From assembly GCA_037379345.1 (NCBI GenBank), contig CM074519.1, forward strand, positions 38,280,103-38,344,102: a stretch of 64,000 bases of DNA. Direction: 5' to 3'. Both the position numbers and the translations under genes were made by a program. Source of the stretch: Perna viridis. Lineage: Eukaryota. Below, in pieces: positions 23,634-38,200 of this stretch (its first letter is position 1; every line of letters starts with the position of its first letter). Below the pieces are notes generated by a model. That model was not told the DNA's origin. It made no database searches and was given only the letters and a program-made list of their open reading frames with translations.

Positions 23634-25073
23634 GATCATATAAATTCATTAAAAGCAGAAGGACAAGTTAAAAAGGCAATGGGCGTATCATGCACTTAAA
23701 GCGCAGCTCTTTTTAAGTTTTTCCTTGGTGAGGAAATTATGAATATATTTTTATTTTAATATTTTTAACAGATAAAATAACAGGTGAAGTATGGTTAATA
23801 TGCATAATAATGTATAGCATGTATCTAAAGTCAGGTGGGAAATAGTTATTCACCTTATTTATGGGAATAATGTAAGTCAATCTGTAGAGGGTATTCCTAG
23901 ATTTTATCCTGCAGACTACTGTAAGACTGTTTCAGATGTCTCTTATATTCCACACATAATTTTTGAAAATTTTAATAAACATGTTTTCGTAAGCTAGATG
24001 GCTAGGCTATTTGAACATGTTGCATCATAAGTTTTAAAACTTCTGAATCTTTATTCAGCTTTCTTTCCTTAACAGCATTTATAGTATAAGAAGTTTTGGT
24101 AAACAGGAAATATAGTGCATGAAAAGTGAGTTGGCACTGGTATAAAATTACCAACAAAAAAAGAAAAGTTCAAAAGTTCAAGTTGAATCTATACTAATAG
24201 AAATACACAGTATGCATCACATCATCAAGAGTAATTTATTGACTCCACTGAGGCTTTTAACTACAGATAAAACTTGTGAGAAAAAAAAAAGATATTTTGG
24301 AATTGTGCAATCATTAGATTGGTAATAATTTGATACAGTGTTTTCCATTTGATGGGCCATTATAGCACTGTTCTTCCAACTGTTATGATTTCTAGCACTA
24401 TGCCATCTGAAACTATTTTTAGGTAGAATGCAAAATGAGCGCTGTACATGTGCTTAAATTTTGGGGAAAGCCTTAAAAGCTTTATTATGTTATGAAGTAC
24501 TGTGCTGTTGCAGATTTATACTGAGAACATTGTTGCACTGCAGTTATTAAATCTGTATTCCTCACAATTGACTAGATATAGCCTAACTCATGACTTGTGC
24601 TCCTATTGGCTTCTTTATACACATGAATATACCTGCTGATAAGAAATAGCAATCTTTTGCACTGTATAATGAGATGCTTTTTTCATCCTTACTAAATATT
24701 ATATGAACTCCTAACTCAGAATGTTTCTATGCAAGTTTAATTTTTAAAGATTTTATGAACTACTGGACTGATATTGTGACAATGTATATACATGTAGATG
24801 AATTTCATCATGGGAAAGGCTGGTATGGTTAATTTTTACAAGAGGTTAAGTCACAGAAAGAAAATAATACTGGCATATAAACCAAAGGTGAAATATCTTT
24901 CTTTTTTCAGACAACTTATTTTAAAAATAAAAGATGTGCAAAATTCTTAAAATTATGGATATTATAGTGCTTGAATATATATTAACAACCAAAAGATAAA
25001 AGGTGATGGTCTTATTTCCATGTCATTTTTCTTTGCAAATTTGTATGTTAATCTATAATATTGTACTGTTTAG

Positions 25074-25171
25074 ATGAGATCTCAGCAGTACCCAGACATG
25101 ATTCTAAGGAGAGTCTATCATCCGACTTTGGTGGGAAAGACATGGATATAGAGGAACAGTGGCTGTCTCAG
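25074..25171 (+). CDS. BCAS3: BCAS3 exon 18
   Basis: (D)EISAVPRHDSKESLSSDFGGKDMDIEEQWLSQ. Confidence 0.92.
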
Positions 25172-25370
25172 GTGAGTACATTATATTCTGATGTAACTTT
25201 TATTGAATATCAAGTTGAGTTGGATAATATCATAAATTTCATAGTTTCAATTTGAAGATTGACATTCTCCAATTTTTATCCACTGCAAAAAAAATATTGC
25301 AGACATATGATGGTGTGACCTTGTCATTCACATTCATTAACTTTTTGTTCATTTACTAAAACTTGAGTGG

Positions 25371-25660
25371 AAAAGTAATCAAGGGAACCAAGGTTATAGC
25401 GGTAATCAAAAGAATGAAATCCAGGGACAAAGACCAGACATGGAAAACAGACATACACAACAAAGAACATAAAGTCACTAAAATCATACATACAAAGTAA
25501 CAAAAGCAAATGAGCAACCCGGACTCCACAACCCAGGAGCATGGACCAGGTGCACCGGTAGGGTAAGCGTCCTCTACTTTTCTAGAAACATCTGCCGAGT
25601 TTCTCATAAAAAGTCCGGGTTTGTCGAAAGAGGAAAGGAAAATTATGACACCTTGAACAA
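25371..25660 (-). mobile_element. Short interspersed retroposon-like repeat, copy B
   Basis: Near-identical to copy A over about 245 nt, with the same terminus (agtaatcaagggaaccaagg). Confidence 0.8.
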
Positions 25661-26100
25661 ATCAGTTTTCATGGTGCAAATGGATACCGTAACCTATTAA
25701 ATCAAAAGTATAGTGTTATTTTTTAACCCTATTAGAGTAATAGGGGTAACTCTTCATCTAGGGGTGTCTTTGTGTAACAAGTTACCATGGAAATGTTGGA
25801 CATGTTTACTAAATAACAAAAAAAATCTTGCTGTTAAGAAAACATGTATCACATAGTTTGCCATACAGATTAATACTGTAAACTTGAAACTTTCACGCTG
25901 GTTGTTATTTTCACAATTCGCTGGGTCAAACATTTCACATGGTTAAACATCTTGTACTCAAAAATCTTAATGTCTGAAACAAATTAAACAAGGAAATTTA
26001 GAGTGGGGGTTATTTTCGTGAGTAGTTCACTATCACAAATGTAGTGAATATTTCAATGTTTACTGTCATGTGTTCAGTTACTGTATTGTTTGTATTATAG

Positions 26101-26294
26101 GTAGAGATGATAACACATATAGGACCACATAGAAGACTGTGGATGGGACCACAATTCTCCTTCAAAACATACCAGAATGTACAGAATACAACTGTTTTAT
26201 CAGCCCAGTCCTCTTCACTCTTGTCACAGACACCAGATCCCAATATACAGGGCATGGATATCACCATCGATGATGTCAACCTGGAAAGTCTTAA
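26101..26294 (+). CDS. BCAS3: BCAS3 exon 19
   Basis: VEMITHIGPHRRLWMGPQFSFKT...DDVNLESL. Confidence 0.96.
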
Positions 26295-26602
26295 GTAAGT
26301 GTTTAATCCACAGACAACAGGGTATAGATGTCTCCATGATGTCAACCTAGAAAGTCTGAAATATGTCTAATACGCTGACACCAGGCTATAATATACAGGG
26401 CATAGATGTCACCAATGATGATGTCAATCTGGAAAATGTACCCCATGACAATGTTACCATGGATATCTTTTTTTCTCCTGAGATTGGACCCAATGGTCAT
26501 CAACCAGGAAAGTTTGAATTAGGCAGTCTTTTGTCTTTTTAGTATAAACTGTGTATATTTCCTATATTTGTAATTAAATAGAAACATTTGTTTTCTCTGT
26601 AG

Positions 26603-26736
26603 AATACAGCCTAATAGATCAAGTCCTGTAGCTATGCCGAATGCTAGACCAGCATACAGGAGACTTTCAGGAAGTGACAGTACTCCACCTACAGGCAAAT
26701 CTGGACAGAATATCAGTCCCCTGTTGATTGAAGCTG
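26603..26736 (+). CDS. BCAS3: BCAS3 exon 20
   Basis: (K)IQPNRSSPVAMPNARP...SPLLIEA (human RIQPVRSDPVSMP). Confidence 0.92.
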
Positions 26737-27264
26737 GTAAGCTATATAGAGAAAATAGTACAAAGAATTAGATGATGTTCATTGATAAAATTTTTGTTTA
26801 TTTTTTAAATGTTTCTGAACAAAATCTTATGTATAACCATACTGAAGCAAAGTCATTCACTGTGTCTTTTAAAACCACATGTTCTTGTTGAAACAGCTAT
26901 TTGATAAGGCCTTGTAATTTGTAAGTTGAATGTTTTAGTACAAGCACTAGCCAGAGAATAGCTGTCACCATCAAAATGACAAAGGTTATTTTGCCATTTG
27001 ACTTTGAGCGTATTTTTTAAATGAAAATGACAAAGAAATAGTTTATTAATTAGATCGACATGTTCTTTCACTTTATAGAGGTACATGGACTGTTTAGTTT
27101 GTTCTGATTTATCTTACTAATATTGGCAACAACAAAAAAAGCATCAAAATGAATGGACAATGCATAGACATCAAAACCCAAGTATATAGACAAAACAGAA
27201 ACTGGAAACAGAGATAAACAAACAATATTATTTTATCAGTTGTATACAGTATTGATTATTGTAG

Positions 27265-27435
27265 GAAGTTTTGACCAGTCTCCTAACCTATGTGATGTAT
27301 ACAGTAGCTGGGCAGAGTCTCCCATCACCAAACCTCGCAGTAGTGAAGATGATGATGACAGAATCAAAGAAACACTGGCTGAGGCAATGTTAGAATCACC
27401 TGCTAAGGAGAGTGGACCTTCTAGTATGTTAAATG
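27265..27435 (+). CDS. BCAS3: BCAS3 exon 21
   Basis: (G)SFDQSPNLCDVYSSWAE...IKETLAEAMLESP...MLN (human GTFDRS...LADAMAESP). Confidence 0.92.
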
Positions 27436-30400
27436 GTAAGTGATGGGGAAACTTAGTACTACTTCGTGTATTGATTAATGGCTTGAACTATGATCGATGA
27501 CCCCCTGAATGTACTTGAGGTGAAAATTGAAATTTGATCAGTATTTTATTGTAATTGCCCATGCCCAAAAATAAATAATGATAAACCAGACACAAAAAAT
27601 GTTAGACATTTGGTTAGGAAAAGACCTTAATTTTTTTGACTGACAACAATTTTACAATTTTTGAAAAGGTTAAATTTAATAAATTGTAAAAGCTGTGTTT
27701 AAATGAGCTGTAGAAAACTACTCACTACATTTAACATTGTCTTATGTTCAGTAATGAATTGATGGTAAAACTAGAAAATTTAATGTAAACAAGAGTTTAT
27801 CAAACTTGTGAACAACAAGGGACTAGGCAAATAAAAAAAAATGAATTGCAACAAATATGGGGACCTTCATGTAGTTCTTCATTAGTAAAAATTAAACAGC
27901 CACATGATAACAATGAAAAATTCAGATTCTTTTAGACTAATGCAGTGGATTCTAGAATAAATAAATATTGACCCTGTGTTACCTCCCTTTGGTCGGTGGA
28001 CTAAGTTTTTTAAATCTGAATTTGTGATAAGACTTCACAAAATTCTTGTTGTATTTGATTAACAATTAAAAATTTTAAATTGTAGTAAATTGTTCAATTG
28101 ACTTTAATCGAAATTGTAAGATACAGTCGATCATACTTACAATTATTACCAATTTTTTAAAGGAGTTAAACCATATGGGAATGTTGTCTTATCGTGCAAA
28201 ATACTATACATAGACACTGAAAACTTGAGAATAATTTGTAAAAGAAAAAGTAATGAATAAAAAAATTTTGACATTGTTTTTTGTCTGTAGAATAAAATGT
28301 TAGATTATTGAATTTTTTAATTACCACTGTACATAATAGTATTTATATATGATGTTACTCAGTTTTTGGATTTGAGTTTTCCACATGTTAATTATTACTT
28401 GAATATTTATGATAAAGAAATTCCCTTTGTGATTAATTTTCAACATTCAGTTACAATTCGTTTTCTTATCTTCTTACTAACAAAAAAATATGTACCTGTA
28501 CAGACATAACACTGATGTGATATACATCTATAGTAACCTTGGTAGTCCTGTTGCCTCATGATAAACATTATGTCTACAGAGGTTTACATTGTAAACTGGA
28601 AAGTTTTACAGCAGATGCATTTTCCCTATTTCCACTGTTGTGAATGTTTTCTTCATAAAAGATTTCATGCAATTTGAAAACAATTTTGCAAATTGAAGAA
28701 TGTGAAAACATATATTGAATAGAAAACTATGAAAAAAAGACAACACAAAAATGTCTTGGTTTATTATTTATTTATTCAAATATATTGCACTAAAATTGAA
28801 GTTTAACATGCACCAGTTCATGACATTGTAAAGAATACAAGTAGGATATATTTAAAGAGTAATCAAGGCAACCAAGATTTTAGCTGTAATCAAAAGAACA
28901 TATTGCAAGGATAACGAATAGACAGGAAAAATAAACATACACAACAAGGAATGTGAAAAAGAACAAAATAATTACCACAGACTTTGAAGAAATACAACTA
29001 TGAACTATTTCCATTGTTGAACAGAACTGTTGTCATAATTTTTTTTTTTTGAAAATCCCCTCAGAAATTTTAGTTAATTGAAATTTATAGAATAGAATGA
29101 TAGCTTAAAACATCAATACTTGCTGAACTTAAGATATTAATGTCATGACTAATGATTATATATCATTTTACACAGGCAGATCCAGGATTGGAGGTGTGTG
29201 TGTTGGGGGGGATGGAGGGGGAAGTAAAATTAAACAAAGCAATGTGAGGAAAATTTGTATTAAATAATGATTCAATGCTCCCCCCCCCCCAAAAAAAAAA
29301 AAAAAAAAAACAAAACAAAACAAAACAAAACCAAAAACAAAAACAAAAACAAACCAACAAAAAATCCTAATTTAAGGTTGGGTGTACACCAGGTTCACCT
29401 GTTATAAAGTATTCAGAAGAATTTTTGTACTTGGGTGAAGGTTCAAATATGGACTTTTTTCATGGAAAGAGTCTCATTATTCTTATCCTCTTTCAGAGAT
29501 GAACAGGTATTCAGTCTTTTTAAAAATCCAACTTGGCTGATTTCACCAATCTAATTAAAATTAGCTCTTGTAATTTGCCCAACGTAGAGCTAGTTCTAAT
29601 TAGATTGGCTGTTTTTACCAGTATTTATTTTTTTTACCTTTTTGTTTCTTTCTTGTATTTAAATCATAAAGAATAGAAAGATATATCAATTTGTGAAATG
29701 ACTTTTTTTTTTATTATGCCTACATATATATCTTTTTACAACCATGTTCATTGAAATTGAAAATGTGTTTTTTAAGTTCAAATATGATTAAAAATATTGT
29801 AGATTTGGGATTCAGGCTCCATGGAGCTACTTATTTTCTGTTTACAATCTACATGTATTAAGTTAGTGGTTTAAATCTGTTACATCATAGTAGTGATTTT
29901 GTAACTTTTATTAAACAACTCTTTTCTTTTTAATGATTTTTTTTCTTAATTTTCCACATTTAACTAGAGTACGACATTTGATTTTTCGTTATTGTCAACT
30001 CAGCTGACATATTGCCCTTCCATGCACTAAATTCATATGTTCTTTTTCATATTGTGCACTTCATATTTTAGATTACAATCGTAATCAATTTGGGGTTAAC
30101 AGTTTAGCATGGAACTTCTCATTTATGAATATGGGGACATGTGGGGGCCATCTCTTATCTGTTACACCTCCTACACAACTGAATGGAATTGAATGAAACT
30201 TTCACTAAACCTTTATTACATATTCCCATTATGTACCTCCTTTTTACAATATCAAAGGGCATGTTATCAAATGGGAGAATGGGAGTATCAAGTTATTCTA
30301 GTTTTGTAAAAAAAAAAATCAGTGAATTTGTTGTATTTTCTCGAGACTGAACTGTTCTTTTTCCATTGAACATGATTTTTGTACTTTATTTTTAGTCATA

Positions 30401-31799
30401 TATTATTACCCCTATGTTATAATCAATGTTCCTCAGGATTTTACTGGAAATGGAAGATGACTTTAGTACCTTGAAAGAGATGTTTATTTTAATTACTTTT
30501 ACAAATTTCTTTTAAAAATGAATCAGCTAGCTTTTCTGTTTACATTGATTTATGTAAAAAAAGTTCACTTCATTAAAATGAATTCAAAGCAACAACATTC
30601 AACAAACCAAATGCTTGTTAATAGATCAAGAACATTTTAACATTAGGCAAACCATAATTTTCTTCTCTCAATTAGTGTTTCTTTTCGTTTACAACTTTCT
30701 TCTTCCATTTATGAATTGAGGTTTTGTGTTAAACAAAAAAGAAATAATTTGTAACAACAAGTGTCACATGCCTCTGAAATCAAATGTCTATTGAAAATGT
30801 TTGTAAAAGAAAAATCCAAGATATTAAAATATTTCTCAGATTACTAGAAAAAAGTCATTAGATTTTTATAAGCATGTCTTTAAGGGGAAAATAGACATTA
30901 AAAAGCTTGTCCATTATGGAAGCATTATGCCTTGATGATGAGGCATGTAATTATATCTCTTCTTAGAATACAGGCAGCGGCATGACCAAAGTCATGTGAC
31001 TGTCATGTAATGAACAAATGAACTTGCTTCATGCTTGTTCAATCCTTCCAAACTTTGGAAATGCAATGGAAACATATAACATAGAACTTCACATCAATAT
31101 GTTATGAAATGATAAATTTTGTTATAAGAAATAAATTCATTAATAGTTGTCATAACATTGTGAGCATACAAGCATTTTGTTTTTTTTATAAAACTGAAAG
31201 CAGTAATGTATGGCTAGCCAAAGTGGATAGAAAGTGAAACTTCATGCAGATATTCAGTGCAATGTGTAAATGTGGAAGATACATTCAGATTTATTATTTA
31301 GATTTCCCCTTAACAAAAAGATGGTAGACTTCATTCAGTATCTAAAAGACAAAAAAGTGATCAAGGGTGTATTTTTCATATGAAAAATATCTGCTTTCTA
31401 GTTATTGCTTAGATACCAGTATTTTTTTCAATTGTATATTACTTGTTTATCAATCAAAAAAATAATAGAACTGGAGACATTGGTCATTTACCTGAGTTTT
31501 GTATGGACTGGTATAGAGCATATTACCATGTCCTGATTAGGAAATTCCATCTTTGGCCATAAACATGGATAGAAAGTTAGTTAACATTAAAAACCATTAT
31601 AATCTATGGATGCCCAGGTGTATGGACTATGATTGGCAGCCATTAAATCAGGAACTGATGTAAAGACTCACAGATTCTCTTCTCTAACTATTACATTTTA
31701 ATACCCGGCTTCATAGCTCCTCTAATTACAAAGTAACTATATGTAAAGAATTAACAGATCAGGCAGAATAAAGGAGATTGAACGACGTGGAGAATTGCC

Positions 31800-33720
31800 A
31801 CCCTTAGGTACAATATATACCATATAGCACAGTCATTATCTTAAGGCCATCAAAATCTGGAATGAAATAGCGGTTTATTATCAACGCTAGTAATTAAAAT
31901 TGGGTATTACATCGTGGATTCTATACATATCAGCTTACCTGAAACTAGACTAAATATTAGAACCTGACTCAAGGGAGAAATAAAATACTACTTTTATCAT
32001 TTTTAACAAAAAAAGATATTTAGACCTATTTAATTCCAATATGGGTGATTTTTTTAATTTAATGACCCAGCTTATTTGTAACCTTATCAATATGTAGAAA
32101 AATAAAATAAAAACAAATCCAATTCTTTTTTCATATTGATACCGTCTTGAAACATTAATAATAAGAATCCATGTAGTTTAGATTTAGTAGTTTAAAAGTA
32201 ATAATTTCTCAAAAGTACGTCATAAACCTGGTTGGCTGAATTATTTTGTATGGCGATATTCTTGACTATATTTGTCGTCGTTAATCTTACTTTGATTGTC
32301 GCAAATAATCTTTAACTGATGCGTCGCATGTAAACTCGAATTCTCGAGTGACGCTTCAAAACCTTTAAATACAATACATTTATCTCCTGAGTCTTGGTCT
32401 ATGATATAAAGACAATGTCCTCAGGGCAGAGAATCATGATAGGGATCGAATTTGTCAAGGTCACATGTTTTTAAAATGCATAACATGTATCCAAACATAA
32501 AGTCTAAAATAATGCGAGGTATCAGTTTGTTCCTTGATTGCTTTAAATAGTTTTGGATTTTCTCGTCTGTTACATCGTTAGATGAGTTCAGTTTCTCTGC
32601 TTTTTGAGTTAACAGTTATATCGTATAGAAGTTTAGATGGTAGTATGTTTACCTGTTCCTGAATAAGTGCGTTAGACAAGATTTTTTTTAATTAAAGAGC
32701 ATTTAAAGCGTTTCGAATACTATGGATTTAATAGTTTAATTAAAAAGAGAAAGTCTGCTGGCTGTTTGTGTGGAGATCAGAAGCTAATAATTGTCAATTG
32801 AACTACTCGTGGGTGCTCACATGGACCATTTATTTTTAGAAATCTATGATCTGTCCGTGTGAGCAGTTTTTCTGTTTCCCAAGTGTCACGGTGATTTGCA
32901 GTAATAAAACCGCAAATCAATAACCTTACCGTTGATATTTGGACCTAGTGAGTTGCCAATCCAGTCTTTGATTTAGTCGAAGTTTTGATTATTTTATATA
33001 AAAATAGGCATAAAAGTTTAGAAGATTGATAGAAGTGGCATCTTATCTGAGAATCATAGATGACATTTCTGATAAAGGAAATAGCAACTTGTGTGATTGA
33101 TTTATGAATTAAATGGACTTTTTCGTACTTGGTAACTCTCGTGTCGAGTTAATTTTAGCTTCATTTTTAGAATTACCGATACCCATAATTATTTTGATTA
33201 TGAAAAGTAGGTGACAAGTGTTTATAATTTTGATTTAAGGACTAATAAATCACACCAGTTATTTGAAAATATTCATTCATAATTTTTCGGTAATAAGTTA
33301 ATATGCTTGATTCTCACACTTGATGAAGTCGTAGGTCTGACAGAGAAAACACGTCAAACAAAACAAGTCACTGGTTTTATGAATTCAAATTATTTTCTCG
33401 AGCATTCAGTGCAGTTTTCAGGTGTCAAAATTCAGTTGTTACACCATAATAGCCCATAATAGGTAGGACCGCTCCCGTTTTCAACTGTTATAATGATTCT
33501 GCTGACTGCCTTATCAAATTTATAGAGGCGACACTTTCAATTGACCCATTCATGTATTATATTGCTGCAAGTTTACACAACAATTGTACAACACTTTTGC
33601 TTTTAGATATAATAGGTTCAAATTAGCTTTTAATTGGAATTTCTGCAAACAAATTGTTCACGCTGAACTGTATTAATAATAAATCATGGGATGTTGTATG
33701 CCCGAACGTACCCGTAAATT
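31800..33720 (-). mobile_element. Heavily decayed non-LTR retrotransposon (LINE) 3' remnant in intron 21
   Basis: Minus-strand fragments QLKTGAVLPIMGYYG and VFSVRPTTSS resemble the post-RT LPILxYG region of LINE ORF2; many stops; boundaries are approximate. Confidence 0.4.
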
Positions 33721-34235
33721 GTAAAGAATTATTCTTTATTTCATATTTCGGTGTGGTATTATTCCGCCATAATCGATGATAAAAGTCATTTTATTTCATG
33801 GTGATTTTATCTTTTTGCTGCAACTTATAAAATAACACAAGTCTTCTAGTGGATGGTAATACATCGTGCATTATTAAACGATGATTCTGTATTGTTTTAG
33901 TAAACACAAATTTTTAGAAACTTGTTCGTTATGGGTTATAAAAATCCAAAATGTTCACAAAAGATTTCTTCCTGTTATGGGAATTTAATCATATTTTTTT
34001 CACATATAAACCAAGTTTCAGTGTAAGAAGACCAAAAATCAATTTAAATTATGTGATTTTTTTTACAAAAACAAATTAATGTTGGAAATTTCGCGCATTA
34101 AATGTTGGAATGCCTTTTGAAAGTATACTGTATTAATTTATTTGTTTCATTGCATTCATGGAGTTTTCTCTATCTTATAAATTCGAATAGTAATGTTACA
34201 TGTATAGTGCTAGTAATTGTGTTTCTGTGTTTCAG

Positions 34236-34366
34236 AAGTATTTGATGGTAGTAATGAGAATCTGAGTACCAGTTCTAGCTCCAGTACTAGTGTATCTATA
34301 CCTCGGAATGCAGAACATATTCTGGACAATGTTTTCTCCACGGGATCTCAGGACTCATCAGGCTGA
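34236..34366 (+). CDS. BCAS3: BCAS3 exon 22 (terminal coding exon)
   Basis: tttcag| (E)VFDGSNENLSTSSSSSTSVSIPRNAEHILDNVFSTGSQDSSG* (human [21 protein letters not shown]); phase matches exon 21. Confidence 0.86.
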
Positions 34367-34443
34367 ATACATGTTGTTTGAAATTATGAGGGCTTTCATG
34401 GAGGACGTCTCCAGTCCGCTTGGTGATACAAACGACTTCGTTA

Positions 34444-35262
34444 AATAAAAGATATCTCCAAGTTCTGCAGTTATTAGCACTAAACGAATCTTAAAATTAC
34501 TTTTAAAATATGTAAATGATTTCAATTTAATATTTGCAATTTGGGAGATGCTATTTTAATGGCCATATGTAGCATTGAAATGTGTATAAACCTGATATTT
34601 CTGTGGTACACATGCTTTAGTTACATAGGCACAAAACTATTGGTATTGTTAAATGTTTTTTCTATTTCTTGTTTTAGCTCTTTTTGTTTGTGATTTCTTG
34701 GTTAAATCTGTAAAATGTCTATAAGTTTGAAAACTATGTTTATTGTTAATCAGCATTACTGAAATGAAAATTGTAACTTCTCCACTTTACAAGCATGTTG
34801 ATCTGTCGATTTATTTGTCAATTTTCATGACCGTCAGCATTTTCAAGTTATCAACCTATACATATATATCATGCCCTGGTCTATATTAAAGAGTAGTCCT
34901 GAACAACTTTATGCATATGCGTATAACATTTACATCATTATGTCTTGCTTAGAATTTTAGTGTAAATCTGACTCAACAAATCAATGTATTAAAAGGCAAT
35001 GTTATAATAACTATTGTCAGCTTCATGTGTAGATATGCTAATTAAAATTCGTAGTGAGCATGAGCAGTCCTTTCCACAAAAAAAATCGTAAGTAAAGTCG
35101 TAAGCTCTGACGTCATAATAGATCAAATTATTGTGACGTCTTAATTGCGACTAATTTTAAACTTATGACTGGTCACTTCCAGGTCTGTCTTATCTTCATT
35201 ACAATGTACTGGTAAATGCAGGATTTGGTCAAACATTTGAATTCTTGATACATGTGAATAAA
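34444..35262 (+). terminator. Candidate polyadenylation signals AATAAA (34444-34449 and 35257-35262) in the BCAS3 3' UTR
   Basis: Hexamer matches downstream of the stop codon; chance matches are common in AT-rich DNA. Confidence 0.3.
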
Positions 35263-38200
35263 ATCATTGCATGGCTGAAATATACAAATGTTATACCTAT
35301 ATCATCATTATTTTTTTTTCAAAGAATTGAAAACTTCTGCTAAAATATGTTTTATGTTAGTTTTAATTGAATGCTCCATTTTCATCAATTTAAAGAAGAG
35401 ATTTGCAAAGAATATCAGGTAATGATGTACGAAAAAATGCATGGCTTTGGTTTTACCTTATCAAATTCAGTGTATTTATAAAATAATGTCTAAATATGTG
35501 TTTGAAAACAAATGTATAAAACAAAGTAATTATGATTTTATTGTGTATTTTTGAAAACATTTAGGACTTCAATAGGTACTGAAGAGACCACTACTGCTTT
35601 CCTTCATGGGCTTAGCTGACCGTATAATTGGCTTGTTATCGTTCACTTGATATTCGTGTTCATACAATTGTATGGTAGCCTATGAAGTGGTCGTTGTATG
35701 CAGATTTTTATTTGATACTGTCCATTAAAACTGTTAACCTTGTTGATGATAGAGCGGCTTTATTGTGTTATAGTGGGAGATTGTAGCATCGCAATATATG
35801 GTGATAGCTTAATTAGTGTGGTTTTATATGGTATTTGTTTGAATGCAGTGCATGAATATTTCATTTTGGCTTAACATAGTAATTTTATTGTTAATCGTAA
35901 ATTTATTCTGTAAGATTTATAGTTTTGTGTTGAATTTATTGTTATGAATATGATAATATATGATTATTTGAACATTAAAAGATGACTATGACACGTAGTG
36001 TTTTGTATCAATTATGCCATTTACACAACAATTAATATGTACACAATTTTTTTATATGTGTGATGACTTCAAAAATAACTGACCGAGAACATAGACTGAT
36101 CGAAACATGGTACTTTTCTAAATTAAAATTTTGAATTCAAGCTAAAAGTGAAAGTTCTTCATACTCTTTATTGTGCTTTGTTAGAAATAAGAAATGTTCA
36201 ATGGATGCTGTATTCTGGTAAATCCATTAGTTAAAAGAACATCGGTCGGGAAAATTACGGGGTAGTTTCCTATAGTTCTTTTTTACCTGTCAATTTTCCT
36301 GTCATATTTACAGGTAAGCAAGTAATTAGCGGTAGACAGGTGAGACTTGATCACTGCTGGAGAAATTTCATCTTTTAAAAGAGCCATGCCTTTAAACCAA
36401 AGGCTTTCATTACAATTCTTATGTAGGAGTCAATAGTCTAACTTTCGACGCAATTTGTGCCATTAGAAACGCTAGTTATAACGAATTACACACTTAGTGT
36501 TCAATGCTTTAGACAATTGACTTCCGGTCTAGAGACAAACTTCCGGTCTTGAGTCAAACTCTGTCGTTATGGTGTACGAATTCTCGTTCTAATTGCCTCT
36601 AATCAAGGTTTGATCAAAGCCGATGTTTTCTAATGCTATCATTTCTTTATTTTGAAGTCATTTGTTTGATGTATGTTCAGTGTAAGTTGTGTTTTGTGAA
36701 GATTCTGATTTAATTCGTAGGAAACTATCGAATTAACTACATTTATTGTAAACGCTGAAACAGAGCGTAGTTTCACAGTGCCAATTTTAAGAGGAGTTCA
36801 TTATATTTTTCACTAAGATTTTCTTTATTTTTCCGTTTTATACGTAAACTACAGTTATACACGCTAAAACTTATTGAAGTATGGATTAATCGCAGTCCTA
36901 ACATTCACAACTTGATTTGTGGTTATGGTCTAAATGTGATTACTGCTTCTAAATACATCATTAAAAACGAGGCATGGACCACTTCTAATGGAAACTAATA
37001 TGGTAATTCTGGCCCTGCTAATGGAAGAGAAAACGCGCATCGCATTATTTCCAATTCGAATCCTGCAGTATTTGATTAGTGAAAGAACATATTATGTCAT
37101 TTTCATTAAAGTCATTCTTTTGTGGGTATTAGGATATTAGAGGCCCCCAAAAGGTCATACATTGCAGAAATTACTTCAAATAGAATCCATATCATAAAAG
37201 CATATCAATATAAAAAAAGAGTAGCTATTATTAACGATAAAACGTTTACGATGAAAGACCTGATAGTGCTCTCCAGAACATGCGATATATGATACGGTTT
37301 ATAATTCTCCTTGTTAGTCCTAGTTACTACAGATGATGGTTAATACCACCAAAGGGTAGTAAATCGAATTATTTTACTTTTTGTTCGTTACTTTAATTGG
37401 AAATTTAGCTCATTTAGTGTGGTTTAGAATCCTGCTTGTGTAATTGCTACAGTACCTTTCAAAGGAATACGGGTCCTTTTTATTTTTTTTCTTTAAATGG
37501 TTTTAAGACGGTGAAACCAAATACTTATTAATAAGGTGCCCGTTTTCCGTGATCTCTAATCGTTACCTTTGAACCTGTCATTCCAATTCCAACAATTTTT
37601 GCTGTTAATTTCTCTGGTCTTAATTAATTAGGTTTCTTTTGAAGTATTCAGCCTTGGATGACATTAAGAAGTTAGAAGGATGAATTCAGACTTTTCTTTA
37701 TTTATTCTGATGACGTTTCGAAAATACTTTTTTGAAAAATGCTCCTTATCAATTTTGTGGTTGAAAGTTTGAAGGTTAAACGTTTATGGTCAGTTTTCTG
37801 AGCTTATACTTGCATTGTCATTATGCAAAAATCTTTTAAATCGCCAGGAAGTAAACTAATTGTCAAGCCGAAAAATCCCAACGGCCTCTTTTTTGTGTTC
37901 AGCTTTATTGGGTTGGTTAGATTTTTCTAACATGTCATTTATATTTTATTTGTAATGTCATATAGCAAAATACTTGAGTCAAATTTGTTTATAAAAATGT
38001 CAGATTTGCTTTTCTCAGAATTGCAAAAGTCGGCCAAAATATAAACACTTGAAAAACACTCGTACACAATTTTGTACTTGTTTTGTGATAAATTAAAAAT
38101 AATTTTCAAAGCCTCTTGGTTGCCAAATGTTCCCATCATCTCTGTTCAACAAACATCGGACACTTAATAAAGTTGTGTGTGTCAACCTTCACGCGTTTTG

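Noticed and set aside
37707-37725. Hammerhead-like CTGATGA...GAAA (also at 50158)
   Set aside because: Stems I-III cannot be formed around the core.
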